Assembly (NCBI GenBank): GCA_036785375.1
Contig: JAWMAR010000471.1
Location: 186,001 to 250,000 of the forward strand
DNA length: 64,000 nt
Direction: 5' to 3'
Origin: Leucoraja ocellata
Taxonomy: Eukaryota
Position 1 is the stretch's first letter. The number at the start of each line of letters is the position of its first letter. The position numbers and the translations under genes are program-made. This document shows, piece after piece, positions 11,221 through 24,627 of the stretch. The notes beneath the pieces were generated by a model that saw only the letters and a program-made list of their open reading frames with translations, had not been told where the DNA came from and searched no databases.

Positions 11221-11928
11221 ATGCTGGCCTTGACAATGTATTGGCTTCTTACAGCTGCAGCTCTCTTAACCGGTAAGTTCTCCACGTTTCCAATAATGTA
11301 GGGCATGATATTTAATCAACCAAATACTTTGAATGCAACACAACGACTTTAGAAAGGGAGTCCGTATGAGGACAGTAAACGCAGAGCACATTGGGAAAAA
11401 AGATGCAGTTTCACAATAATTGATGTTCGGAAATTCGAAGTGAGTTTCCAGGTTAATTGTTGGAAAGCAGCCCCGACGGAGAAGCATCGGAGAGTGTGAA
11501 CACACCGGTGGTTCACGTACGAGTGATCTACGATTTCCCCCTTCCTCCCCGGAAGCAATAATGACGTCCAGTCCGATGGAACGGGTTGGATTATCTTTAA
11601 AGATAAATTTATTCGGTAATTCCCAGCGCCTTTCAGCCCATCTTTATTTAGCTTTTAGAGGAGGGGTATGTATGATGTCTTTGTACCTCATATCAGTATC
11701 AGGATGTGGGGCATTCTGAAGTATGAGCTGAATTATGTGATGTTGTGTTATTTATCCCCGGTCTCTTGCAGGGAATTGTCGAGGCGACGCCGTTTCTCAC
11801 TCACCGGCAGCGTTTGTGACACCGTCAGCGGGACCGTTCCTGTCGAATGGTTGAGCTCCGCAGTAAAACGGTCCCCGGCATTGTTCTTCTCGCCGCCTTT
11901 GTATGTTGTTCTGAGCAGCAGAAACTCA
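11221..11928 (+). pseudogene. V6: V pseudogene with a truncated, partly inverted V exon
   Basis: Leader 11221-11272. The V exon starts at 11772; about 11810-11928 is the reverse complement of the EFLLLR...TVSQT region. No RSS. Confidence 0.92.
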
Positions 11929-12758
11929 TGTGATTGACGGAATTAAGAAACTTCGGGGAGTTGGTGAACAAATTAGCTCCGCGCAGACAGGATGTGACGC
12001 TGTCACTAATAAGCCAATGAATGAAGAACCTAGACCACAGCTCTTTTACAATATCAGTTTAAACCTGTTTCCGGGTGAGACCATTTCAGTTCAGTTCAGT
12101 AAATATTTAAAAAAAAACATGATAATTGGGTTGAATAATAGCTTCTAACAAAAGAATATTAGTTTTTTGACCACTACACAGCACTAAAAGATGAACTATG
12201 AAATGTCTTCGGTTGCATTAAGAACTTCATGCATCTTACGCACATCGAATTGGTTGTTCATTTATTGAATTTTAATTATTACAAGGACTTTGGGACTTTT
12301 GCCTTCCATCACAGTGAGTAGGTGCCTGGTGGACTCACTGTGGTGGATGTTAAAACTGTGTTGAGCGTGTGTTGTTATTTCATTCTATGTTTTGACAGCT
12401 CGGTTAAACCATTTCGTTGTACTGTAAATGTGCAATGACAATAAAGTTGAATCTAATCTAATCTAATCTAATCTAATTATATATTGTACTTCCGGCCTTG
12501 TCTCTCCTGTGTCTTCATGGAACAGTACGTAAAGGAGGTTTGAGATGATTGGGCAACAAAAGCAGTGATGTGATTGGCGGAATTAAGAAACTTCGGGGAG
12601 TTGGTGAAAAAATTAGCTCCGCGCAGACTGGATGTGACGCTATCACGAATAAGCCAATGAATGAAGAACCTAGACCACAGCTCTTTTACAATATCAGTTT
12701 AAACCTGTTTCCGGGTGAGACCATTTCAGTTCATATTCATTCTCAATGCAATTACAAC

Positions 12759-13616
12759 ATGCTGGCCTTGACAATGTATTGGCTTCTTACAGCTGCAGCT
12801 CTCTTAACCGGTAAGTTCTCTACGTTTCCAATAATGTAGGGCATGATATTTAATCAACCAAATACCTTGAATGCAACACAACGACTTTAGAAAATGAGTC
12901 CGTATGAGGACAGTAAACGCAGAGCACATTAGGAAAAAAGATGCAGTTGCACAGTAATTGATGTTCGGAAATTCGAGGTGAGTTTCCAGGTTAATTGTTG
13001 GAAAGCAGCGCCGACGGAGAAGCATCGTAGCGTTAGAACACACCGGTGTTCCCCGTACGAGTGATCTACGATTTCCCCCTTCCTCCCCGGAAGCAATAGC
13101 GACGTCCAGTGCGATGGAACAGGTTGGATTATCTTTAAAGATCAATTTATTCGGTAATTCCCAGAGCCTTTCCGCCCATCTTTATTTAGCGTTTGGAGGA
13201 GGGGTATGTTTGATGTAATTGTACCTCATATCAGTATCAGAATGAGGGGTATTCTGAAGTATGAGCTGAATTAGATGATGTTGTGTTATTTATCCCCGGT
13301 CTCTTGCAGGTAATTGTCGAGGCGACGCCGTTTCTCAGACACCGGCAACGGTTACAGTGAGTGAAGGGGAGGATACAAAATTGAGCTGCAACTATACAGC
13401 TACCAGTACGACCACTCCTGGACTAATCTGGTACCGTCAGTATACCGGCGGATCCCTTGAGTTTCTGCTGCTCAGAACGACATACAAAGGCGGAGAGAAG
13501 AACAATGCCGGGGATCGTTTTTCTGCGGAGCTCAACCATTCGACAGGAACGGTCCCGCTGACGGTGTCACAAACGCGGCTCCGAGACTCGGCGTCGTATT
13601 ACTGCGCTCTGAACCC
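12759..13616 (+). CDS. V7: TCR alpha/delta-like V segment (V exon 13310-13616)
   Basis: Open frame. RSS 13617-13655: CACGGTG-23-ACAAAAACA, with a small deletion directly after the nonamer. Confidence 0.88.
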
Positions 13617-14328
13617 CACGGTGGCTCAGAAATGGGCTGAGCCTGTACAAAAACATTAATACACGATTTTGAAATATTTAAAAAACCATGATAATTAGGT
13701 TGAAGAATACATTCTAACAAACAAATTTTAGGTTATTGACCACTATACAGCACTAAAAGATGAACTATGAAATGCCTTCGGTTGCATTAAGCACTTCATG
13801 CATCTTATGCACATGGACCTGGTTGTTAATTTACTGAATTTTGTTTATTACAAGGACTTTGGGACTTTTGCCTTCCATCACAGTGAGGAGGTGCCTGGTG
13901 GACTCACTGTGGTGGATGTTAAAACTGTGTTGAGTATGTGTTTTGTTATTTTATTCTATGTTATGACAGCTCGGTTAAACCATTTCGTTGTCCTGTAAAT
14001 GTGCAGTGACAGTAAAGTTGAATCTAATCTAATCTATTTATAAATTGTACTTCCGGCCTTGCCCCTCCTGTGACGTAATTGGACCAGAAAACAAAGGAGG
14101 TGTGAGATGATTGGGCAACAAAAGTGGTGATGTGATTGGCGGAATTAGGAAACTGAGTGAATTCGGGGAGTTGGAGAACAAATTAGCACCGCGCCGACGG
14201 GATGTCACGCTGTCAAGAATAAGCCAATGAATGAAGAGCATCGACCACACCCCTTTCACAATATCAGATTAAACGTGTATCCGGGTGAGACCATTTCAGT
14301 TCATATTCACTCTCAATGCAATTACAAC

Positions 14329-15166
14329 ATGCTGGCCTTGACGATGTATTGGCTTCTTACAGCTGCAGCTCTCTTAACCGGTAAGTTCACCACATTTCCA
14401 AGAATGTAGGGCATGCTTTTTATTCAAACAAATACCTTGAATGCAACACAACGAATTTAGAAAGGGAGTCCGTATGAGGCCAGTAAACGCAGAGCACATT
14501 AGGAAAAAAAATGCAGTTTCACAGTAATTGATGTTCGGAAATTTGAGGTGAGTTGCCAGGTTAATTGTTGGAAAGCAGCCGCGATGGTGAAGCATCGGAG
14601 AGTGTGAACAAACCGATGGTTCACATACGAGTGATCTACGATTTCCCCCTTCCTCCCCGGAAGCAATAACGACGCCCAGTCCAGAAAGATAAATTTATTC
14701 GGTAATTCGCAGCTCCTTTCCGCCCATCTTCCTTTAGCTTTTTGGGGAGGTGTATGTTTGATGTCTGTATGTACCTCATATCAGTATCAGGATGAGGGAT
14801 ATTCTGAAGTATGAGCTGAATTAGATGATGTTGTGTTATTTATCCCCGGACTCTTGCAGGTAATTGTCGAGGCGACGCCGTTTCTCAGACACCGGCAGCG
14901 GTTACAGTGAGTTAAGCGGAGGATACAAAATTGAGCTGCAGTTATACAGCTACCAGTACGACCACTCCTGGACTAATCTGGTACCGTCAGTATCCCGGCG
15001 GATCCCTTGAGTTTCTGCTGCTCAGAACGAGATACGATGCTGGCCATAAGAACAATGCCGGGGAACGTTTTACTGCGGAGCTCAACCATTCGACAGGAAC
15101 GGTCCCGCTGACGGTGTCACAAACGCGGCTCCGAGACTCGGCGATGTATTACTGCGCTCTGAGCCC
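14329..15166 (+). pseudogene. V8: V pseudogene (in-frame TAA at 14913-14915)
   Basis: gtg agt TAA replaces gtg agt GAA in FR1. V exon 14860-15166, RSS 15167-15205 with CACGGAG. Confidence 0.9.
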
Positions 15167-15986
15167 CACGGAGACGCAAAATTGGGCTGAGCCCGTACAA
15201 AAACTACCAGTGCACCCACTGACGTATCACCCCGTAAGCACAGCTTTCTCAGCATCGGCGCGTCCTCGTAGATTGCTGCACCCGTCCCAACGCCAGTGTG
15301 TTTGCTGTCATTAATACTCGATTTTTAAATATTTAAAAAAAACCATGACAGTTGGCTTGAAGAATAGCTTCTAACAAACAAATATTAGGTTTTTGAGCCC
15401 GACACCGCACTAAAAGATGAACTATGAAATGTATTCGGTTGCATTAAGCACTTCATGCATCTTCTGCACATGGAACTAGTTGTTAATTTATTGAATTTTG
15501 TTTATTACAAGGACTTTGGGACTTTTGCCTTCCATCCCCGTGAGGAGGTGTCTGTTGGACTCACTGTGGTGGATGTTAAAACTGTGTTGAGTGTGTGTTT
15601 TGTTATTTTATTCTATGGTATGACAGCTCGGTTAAACCAATACGTTGTACTGTAAATGTGCAGTGACAATAAAGTTGAATCCAATCTAATCTAATCTAAT
15701 TATATACTGTACTTCCGGCCTTGCCCCTCCTGTGACGTAATTGGACCAGAAAACAAAGGAGGTGCGAGATGATTGGGCAACAAAACTAGTGATGTGATTG
15801 GCGGAATTAAGAAACTGAATTCGGGGAGTTGGAGAAATAATTAGCTCCGCGCCGACGGGATGTGACGCTGTCAGGAATAAGCCAATGAATAAAGAGCATC
15901 GACCACACCCCTTTCACAATATCAGATTAAACCTGTTTCCGGGTGAGACCATTTCAGTTCATATTCACTCTCAATGCAATTACAAC

Positions 15987-16845
15987 ATGATGGCCTTGAC
16001 AATGTATTGGCTTCTTACAGCTGCAGCTCTCTTAACCGGTAAGTTCACCACGTTTCCAATAATGTAGGGCACGATATTTAATCAACCAAATACCTTGAAT
16101 GCAACACAACAACTTTAGAAAATGAGTCCGTATGACGACAGTAAACGCAGAGCACATTCGGAGAAAACGACGCAGTTTCACAATAATTGATGTTCGGAAA
16201 TTCGAGGTGAGTTTCCAGGTTAATTGATGGAAAGCAGCCGCGATGGTGAAGCATAGTCGATTTAGAGCACACCGGTGGTTCACGCACGAGTGATCTACGA
16301 TTTCCCCCTTCCTCCCCGGAAGCAATAACTACGTCCAGTCCGATGGAACGGGTTGGATTATCTTTAAAGATAAATTTATTCGGTAATTCCCAGCGACTTA
16401 CCGCCCATCTTTATTTAGCTTTTAGAGGAGGGGTATGTTTGATGTCATTGTACCTCATATCAGTATCAGGATGAGGGGTATTCTGAAGTATGAGCTGAAT
16501 TAGGTGATGTTGTGTTATTTATCCCCGGTCTCTTGCAGGGAATTGTCGAGGCGACGCCGTTTCTCAGTCACCGGCAGCGGTTACAATGAGTGAAGGGGAT
16601 GAAACAAAATTGAGCTGCAACTATACAGCTACAAGCACGACCTCTGCTGGACTAATCTGGTACCGTCAGTATCCCGGCGGATCCCTTGAGTTTCTGCTGC
16701 TCAGAACGACATACAAAGGCGGCGAGAAGAACAATGCCGGGGACCGTTTTTCTGCTGAGCTCAACCATTCGAAAGGAACGGTCCCGCTGACGGTGTCACA
16801 AACGCGGCTCCGAGACTCGGCGACGTATTACTGCGCTCTAAACCC
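15987..16845 (+). CDS. V9: TCR alpha/delta-like V segment (V exon 16539-16845)
   Basis: Open frame. RSS 16846-16884: CACGGTG-23-ACAAAAACT. Confidence 0.9.
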
Positions 16846-17660
16846 CACGGTGGCTCAGAATTGGGCTGAGCCTGTACAAAAACTATCAGAGATCCCCGTC
16901 AGTTTGCAGCGCGTTTGTCAGCATCGGCGCGCCCTCGCTGAATGCTGCACCCGTCCCAACGCCAGTGTGTTTGCTGTCATTAATACACGATTTTTTAAAT
17001 ATTTAAAAAAACCCATTATAATTGGGTTGAAGAATAGCTTCTAACAAACAAATATTAGGCTTTTGAGCCCTACACCGCAATAAAAGATGAACTATGAAAT
17101 GTATTCGGTTGCATTAAGCACTTCATGCATCTTATGCACATGGACCTAGTTGTTAATTTATTGAATTTTGTTTATTACAAGGACTTTGGGACTTTTGCCT
17201 TCCATCGCAGTGAGGAGGTGTCTGTTGGACTCACTGTGGTGGATGTTAAAACTGTGTTGAGTGTGTGTTTTGTTATTTTATTCTATGTTATGACAGCTTG
17301 GTTAAACCATTTCGTTGTACTGTAAATGTGCAATGACAATAAAGTTGAATCTAATTTATTCTAATCTAATTATATATTGTACTTCCGGCCTTGCCCCTCC
17401 TGTGACGTAATTGGACCAGAAAACAAAGGAGGTGTGAGATGATTGGGCAACAAAAGTATTGATGTGATTGGCGGAATTAAGAAACAGAGTGAATTCGGGG
17501 AGTTGGAGAACAAATTAGCACCGCGCCGACGGGATGTGACGCTGTCAAGAATAAGCCAATGAATGAAGAGCCTAGACCACACCCCTTTCACAATATCAGA
17601 TTAATCGTGTATCCGGGTGAGACCATTTCAGTTCATATTCACTCTCAATGCAATTACAAC

Positions 17661-18516
17661 ATGCTGGCCTTGACAATGTATTGGCTTCTTACAGCTGCAG
17701 CTCTCTTAACCGGTAAGTTCACCACGTTTCCAATCATGTAGGGCACGATATTTAATCAACCAAATACCTTGAATGCAACACAATGACTTTAGAAAGGGAG
17801 TCCGTATGAGGCCAGTAAACGCAGAACACATTCGGAGAAAAGATAGTTTCTCAGTAATTGATGTTCGGAAATTTGAGGTGAGTTTCCAGGTTAATTGTTG
17901 GAAAGCAGCGCCGACGGAGAAGCATCGTAGAGTTAGAGCACACCGGTGGTCCCCGTACGAGTGATCTACGATTTCACCCTTCCTACCCGGAACCAATGAC
18001 GACGTCCAGTCCGATGAAGCGGTTTGGATTATCTTTAAAGATCAATTTATTCGCTAATTCCCAGCGCCTTTCTGCCCATCTTAATTTAGCTTTTAGAGGA
18101 GCGGTATGTTTGATGTCATTGTACCTCATATCAGTATCAGGATGAGGGGTATTTTGAAGTATGAGCTGAATTAGGTGATGTTGTGTTATTTATCCCCGGT
18201 CTCTTGCAGGGAATTGTCAAGGCGACGCCGTTTCCCAGACACCGGCAGCGGTTACAGTGAGTGAAGTGGATGACGCACAGTTGAACTGCAGCTATACAGC
18301 TGCAAGCTTGAACAATCCTGGTCTTATCTGGTACCGTCAGTATCCCGGCGGCCCTCTTGAGTTTCTGCTGCTCAGAATGAAATACGAAGTCGTCCCGAAG
18401 AACAATGCCGGTGAACGCTTCTCTGCGGAGCTCGACCATGTGACAGGAATGTTCCCGCTGACGGTGTCACAAACGCGGCTCCGAGACTCGGCGATGTATT
18501 ACTGCGCTCTGAGCCC
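17661..18516 (+). CDS. V10: TCR alpha/delta-like V segment (V exon 18210-18516)
   Basis: Open frame, CDR2 region MKYEVVPK. RSS 18517-18555 with heptamer CACGGAA. Confidence 0.87.
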
Positions 18517-18875
18517 CACGGAAGCGCAGAATTGGGCTGAGCCCGTACAAAAACTCCAAGCGCACCCACTCACGTATCAGCGCGTGGATCTGTGTCAGCG
18601 TCGGCCCTTCCTCGCTGAATGCTGCATCCGTCCCACCGCCTGTATGTACCACCAGCTTCTCATATTTAAACATTAGGTTCCTGAACATTACACAGCAGTA
18701 ACAGATGAGCAATGAACTGTCTTCGGTTGCACTAAGCACTTCATGCCTTTCGTGTACATGAATGTTGTTGTTTATTTATTGAATTTTGTTTATTGTATAT
18801 TATACTTCAGACCTTGCCCCTCCTGTGACGTCATGGAGCAGAAAACAAAGGAGATTTGAGATGATTGGGCAACAA

Positions 18876-19245
18876 GAGGAAGCGAGCGGGCAAGATCATC
18901 TCTGACCCCTCTCACCCTGGCGACAAACTATTTGAATGACTTCCCTCAGGAAGGCGACTCCGGACTCTCAAAGCTGCCACAGCAAGACATAAAAACAGTT
19001 TTTATCCACGAGTAGTTACTCTACTCAACAGCCAAACATCTGTAGCCTCCCTTTCATCTGGTGTTTTGTTGGTTCACATGCTTGATGAATGGTGTTTTAT
19101 TATGAATGTTTTATTATTATCAATGTTTAGTGTTTTCTGCGTCATTCGTAAGGGTCACTGTATGTTATGTTGTTACTTGTGGGCTGAGCTCCAAGGCATA
19201 TTCCATGTATGCGAATACTTGTCCAATAAACTTACTTATTTACTT
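18876..19245 (+). mobile_element. Spacer element B copy
   Basis: Same sequence and same insertion point as 3482-3846. Confidence 0.85.
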
Positions 19246-19456
19246 ACAAAAGCAGTGATGTGATTGGCGGAATTAAGAAACTGAGTGAATTCGGGGAGTT
19301 GGAGAACAAATTAGCTCTGCGCCGACGGGATGTGACGTTGTCAAGAATAAGCCAATGAATGAAGAACCTAGACCACACCCCTTTCACAATATCAGATTAA
19401 ACCTGTTTCCGGGTGAGACCATTTCAGTTCATATTCACTCTCAATGCAATTACAAC

Positions 19457-21401
19457 ATGCTGGCCTTGACAATGTATTGGCTTCTTACAGCTGCAGCTCT
19501 CTTAAGCGGTAAGTTCACGACGTTTCCAATAATGTAGGGCACGATATTTAATCAACCAAATACCTTGAATGCAACACAACGACTTTAGAAAGGGAGTCCG
19601 TATGTGGACAGTAAACTTAGAGCACATTAGGAAAAAAGATGCAGTTTCACAGTAATTGATGTTCGGAAATTTGAGGTGAGTTTCCAGGTTAATTGTTGGA
19701 AGGCAGCGCCGACGGAGAAGCATCGTATAGTTAGTTCACGCACGAGTGATCTACGATTCCTTTTTCCCACCCCGGAAGCAATAACGACGTCCAGTCCGAT
19801 GGAACCGGTTGGATTATCTTTAAAGATAAATTTATTCGGTAATTCCCAGCGCCTTTCCGCCCATCTTTATTTAGCTTTTGGGGAGGGGTATGTTTGATGT
19901 CATTGTACCTCATGTCAGTATCAGCATGAGGGTTATTCTGAAGTATGAGCTGAATTAGGTGAAGTTGTGTTATTTATCCCCGGTCTCTTGCAGGGAATTG
20001 TCGAGGCGACGCCGTTTCTCAGACACCGGCAGCGGTTACAGTGAGTGAAGGGGATGATACAAAATTCAACACCATTATTCCATCAAAACTGATCACCAAA
20101 CTCGGTAACCTGGGCATCGACCCCTCCCTCTGCAACTGGATACTGGACTTTCTAACCAACAGACCCCAGTCTGTGAGGTTAGACAAGCACACCTCTTCAA
20201 CCCTCACCCTGAACACCGGCGTTCCTCAGGGCTGTGTGCTGAGCCCCCTCCTCTACTCCCTCTTCACCTATGACTGCACACCTGTACATGGTACTAACAC
20301 CATCATCAAGTATGCAGATGATACAACGGTGATTGGCCTCATCAGCAACAACGGTGAGCTGGCCTACAGGGAGGAGGTCCAGCACTTAGCAGCTTGGTGC
20401 GCTGACAACAACCTGGCCCTTAACTCCAAGAAGACCAAGGAGCTCATTGTAGACTTCAGGAAGTCCAGAGGCGGCACGCACACCCCCATCCACATTAACG
20501 GGACGGAGGTGGAACGTGTTTCTAGCTTCAGGTTCCTGGGAGTCAACATCTCCGATGACCTCTCTTGGACCCACAATACCTCTACTCTGATCAAGAAGGC
20601 TCATCAGCGTCTCTTCTTCCTGAGGAGACTGAAGAAGGTCCATCTGTCTCCTCAGATTCTGGTGAACTTCTACCGCTGCACCATCGAGAGCATCCTTACC
20701 AACTGCATCACAGTATGGTATGGCAACTGCTCTGTCTCCGACCGGAAGGCACTGCAGAGGGTGGTGAAAATTGCCCAACGCATCACTGGTTCCACGCTCT
20801 CCTCCATTGAGTCTGTCCAAAGCAAGCGCTGTCTGCGGAGGGCGCTCAGCATCGCCAAGGACTGCTCTCACCCCAACCATGGACTGTTTACCCTCCTACC
20901 ATCCGGGAGGCGCTACAGGTCTCTCCGTTGCCGAACCAGCAGGTCGAGGAACAACTTCTTTCCGGCCGCTGTCACTCTACTAAACAACGCACCTCGGTGA
21001 CTGCCAATCACCCCCCCCCCCCCCCCCGGACACTTATTATTTTTTTTTTAAATTCAAATCGTTTGCTATGTCGCTCTTCAAGGGAGATGCTAAATGCATT
21101 TCGTTGTCTCTGTACTGTACACTGACAATGACAATTAAAATTGAATCTGAATCTGAATCTGAAAATTGAGCTGCAACTATACAGCTCCAAGCGCGACCTC
21201 TGCTGGACTAATCTGGTACCGTCTGTATCCCGGCGGATCCCTTGAGTTTCTGCTGCTCAGAACGACATACAAAGGCGGCGAGAAGAACAATGCCGGGGAC
21301 CGTTTTTCTGCTGAGCTCAACCATTCGACAGGAACGGTCCCGCTGACGGTGTCACAAACGCGGCTCCGAGACTCGGCGACGTATTACTGCGCGCTGAACC
21401 C
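19457..21401 (+). pseudogene. V11: V segment split by a Rex1-like LINE insertion in FR1
   Basis: V exon 19994-20066 resumes at about 21168 and runs to 21401. RSS 21402-21440 is intact. Confidence 0.92.
20067..21161 (+). mobile_element. 5'-truncated Rex1/Babar-like LINE inserted in the V11 exon
   Basis: RT motifs [34 protein letters not shown]. 3' end caatgacaattaaaatt(GAATCT)n. Target-site duplication AAAATT (20061-20066 and 21162-21167). Clade assignment is from motif recognition only. Confidence 0.9.
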
Positions 21402-22144
21402 CACGGTGGCTCAGAATTGGGCTGAGCCTGTACAAAAACTATCAGAGATCCCCGTCAGTTTGCAGCGCGTTTGTCAGCATCGGCGCGCCCTTGTTGATTG
21501 CTGCACCCGTCCCAACGCCAGTGTGTTTGCTGTCATTAATACACGATTTTTAAATATTAAAAAACCCCATGGTAATTGGGTTGAAGAATAGCTTCTAACA
21601 AACAAATATTAGGTTTTTGAGCCCTACACCGCAATAAAAGATGAACTATGAAATGTATTCGGTTGCATTAAGCACTTCATGCATCTTATGCACATGGACC
21701 TAGTTGTTAATTTATTGAATTTTGTTTATTACAAGGACTTTGGGACTTTTGCCTTCCATCCCCGTGAGGAGGTGCCTGTTGGACTCACTGTGGTGGATGT
21801 TAAAACTGTGTTGAGTGTGTGTTTTGTTATTTTATTCTATGTTATGACAGCTCGGTTAAACCATTTCGTTGTACTGTAAATGTGCAATGACAATAAAGTC
21901 GAATCTAATCTAATCTAATCTAATCTAATTATATATTGTACTTCCGGCCTTGCCCCTCCTGTGACGTCATGGAACAGAAAACAAAGGAGGTTTGAGATGA
22001 TTAGGCAACAAAAGCAGTGATGTGATTGGCAGAATTAAGAAACTGAATGAAGAACATCGACCACACCCCTTTTACAATACCAGATTAAACCTGTTTCCGG
22101 GTGAGACCATTTCAGTTCATATTCACTCTCAATGCAATTACAAC

Positions 22145-22962
22145 ATGCTGGCCTTGACAATGTATTGGCTTCTTACAGCTGCAGCTCTCTTAACCGGTAA
22201 GCTCACCACGTTTCCAATAATGTAGGGCATGATATTTAATCAACCAAATACTTGTTTGAAGAGAGTCCGTATAGGGATAGTAAACGCAGATCACATTAGG
22301 AAAAAAAGATGCAGTTTCACATTAATTGATGTTCCGAAATTCGAGGTGAGTTTCCAGGTTAATTGTTGGAAAGCAGCCGCGATGGTGAAGCATCGGAGAG
22401 TGTGAACAAACCGATGGTTCGCATACGAGTGATCTACGATTTCCCCCTTCCTCCCCGGAAGCAATAACGACGTCCCGTCCAGAAAGATAAATTTATTCGG
22501 TAATTCCCAGCTCCTTTCCGCCCATCTTTATTTAGCTTTTAGAGGAGGGGTATGTTTGATGTCATTGTACCTCATATCAGTATCAGGATGAGGGGTATTC
22601 AGAAGTATGAGCTGAATTAAATGATGTTGTGTTATTTATCCCCGGACTCTTGCAGGGAATTGTCGAGGCGACGCCGTTTCTCAGACACCAGCAGCGGGTA
22701 CCGTGAGTGAAGGGGAGAATGGAAAATTGAGCTGCAACTATACATCTACAAGCACGACCCCTCCTGGACTAATCTAGTACCGTCAGTATCCCGGCGGATC
22801 CCTTGAGTTTCTGCTGCTCAGAACGACATACAAAGGCGGCGAGAAGAACAATGCCGGGGACCGTTTTTCTGCGAAGCTCAACCATTCGACAGGAACGGTC
22901 CCGCTGACGGTGTCACAAACGCGGCTCCGAGACTCGGCGATGTATTACTGCGCTCTGAACCA
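22145..22962 (+). pseudogene. V12: V pseudogene (conserved Trp TGG changed to TAG at 22775-22777)
   Basis: ggactaatcTAGtac. V exon 22656-22962, RSS 22963-23001. The promoter also has a deletion near 22047. Confidence 0.9.
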
Positions 22963-23768
22963 CACGGTGCCGCTGAATTGGGCTGAGCCTGTACAAAAAC
23001 TATCAGAGATCCCCGTCAGTTTGCAGCGCGTTTGTCAGCATCGGCGCGCCCTTGTTGATTGCTGCACCCGTCCCAACGCCAGTGTGTTTGCTGTCATTAA
23101 TACACGATTTTTATACATTAAAAAAACCCATGACAATTGGGTTGAAGAATAGCTTCTAACAAACAAATATTAGGTTATTGTATACTACACAGCACTAAAA
23201 GATGAACTGTGAAATGTCTTCTGTTGCATTAAGCACTTCATGCGTCTTATGCACATGGACTTGGTTGTTAATATATTACATTTTGTTTATTACAAGGACT
23301 TTGGAACTTTTGCCTTCCATCACACTGAGGAGGTGTCTGTTGGACTCACTGTGGTGGATGTTAAAACTGTTTTGAGTGTGTGTTTTTATTCTATGTTATG
23401 GCTGCTCGGTTAAACCATTTCGTTGTACTATAAATGTGCAATGACAATAAAGTTGAATCTAAACTAATCTAATCTAATGATATATTGTACTTCCGGCCTT
23501 GCCCCTCCTGTGACGTAATAGGACCAGTAAACAAAGGAGGTGTGAGATGATTGGGCGACAAAAGCAGTGATGTGATTGGCGGAATTAAGAAACTGAGTGA
23601 ATTCGGGGAGTTGGAGAACAAATTAGCTCCGCGCCGACGGGATGTGACGCTGTCAAGAATAAGCCAATGAATGAAGAGCCTAGACCACAGCACTTTCACA
23701 ATATCAGATTAAACCTGTTTCCGGGTGAGACCATTTCAGTTCATATTCACTCTCAATGCAATTACAAC

Positions 23769-24627
23769 ATGCTGGCCTTGACAATGTATTGGCTTCTTAC
23801 AGCTGTAGCTCTCTTAACTGGTAAGTTCACCACGTTTCCAATCATGTAGGGCACGATATTTAATCAACCAAGTACGTTGAATGCAACACAACGACTTTAG
23901 AAAGGGAGTCCGTATGACGACAGTAAACGCAGAGCACGTTAGGAAAAAAGATGCCGTTTCACAGTAATTGATGTTCGGAAATTCGAGATGAGTTTCCAGG
24001 TTAATTGTGGGAAAGCAGCGCCAATGGAGAAGCATCGTAGAGTTAGAACACACCGGTGGTTCACGCACGAGTGATCTACGATTCCCTTTTTCCCACCTCG
24101 GAAGGAGTATCGACGTCCAATCCGATGGAACCGGTTGGATTATCTTTAAAGATAAATTTAGTCGGTAATTCCCAGCGTCTTTCCGCCCATCTTTATTTAG
24201 CTTTTGGGAGAGGGGTATGTTTGATGTCATTGTATCTCATATCAGTATCAGGATGAGTGGTATTCTGAAGTATGAGCTGAATTAGGTGATGGTGTGTTAT
24301 TTATCCCCGGACTCTTGCAGGGAATTGTCGAGGCGACGCCGTTTCTCAGTCATCGGCAGCGGTTACAGTGAGTGAAGGGGATGATACAAAATTGAGCTGC
24401 AACTATACAGTTACAAGCACGGGCAGCTCTGGACTAATCTGGTACCGTCAGTATCCCGGCGGATCCCTTGAGTTTCTGCTGCTCAGAACGACATACAAAG
24501 GCGGCGAGAAGAACAATGCCGGGGACCGTTTTTCTGCTGAGCTCAAACATTCGACAGGAACGGTCCCGCTGACGGTGTCTCAAACACGGCTCCGAGACTC
24601 GGCGATATATTACTGCGCTCTGAACCC
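23769..24627 (+). CDS. V13: TCR alpha/delta-like V segment (V exon 24321-24627)
   Basis: Open frame. RSS 24628-24666: CACGGTG-23-ACAAAAACA. Confidence 0.9.
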
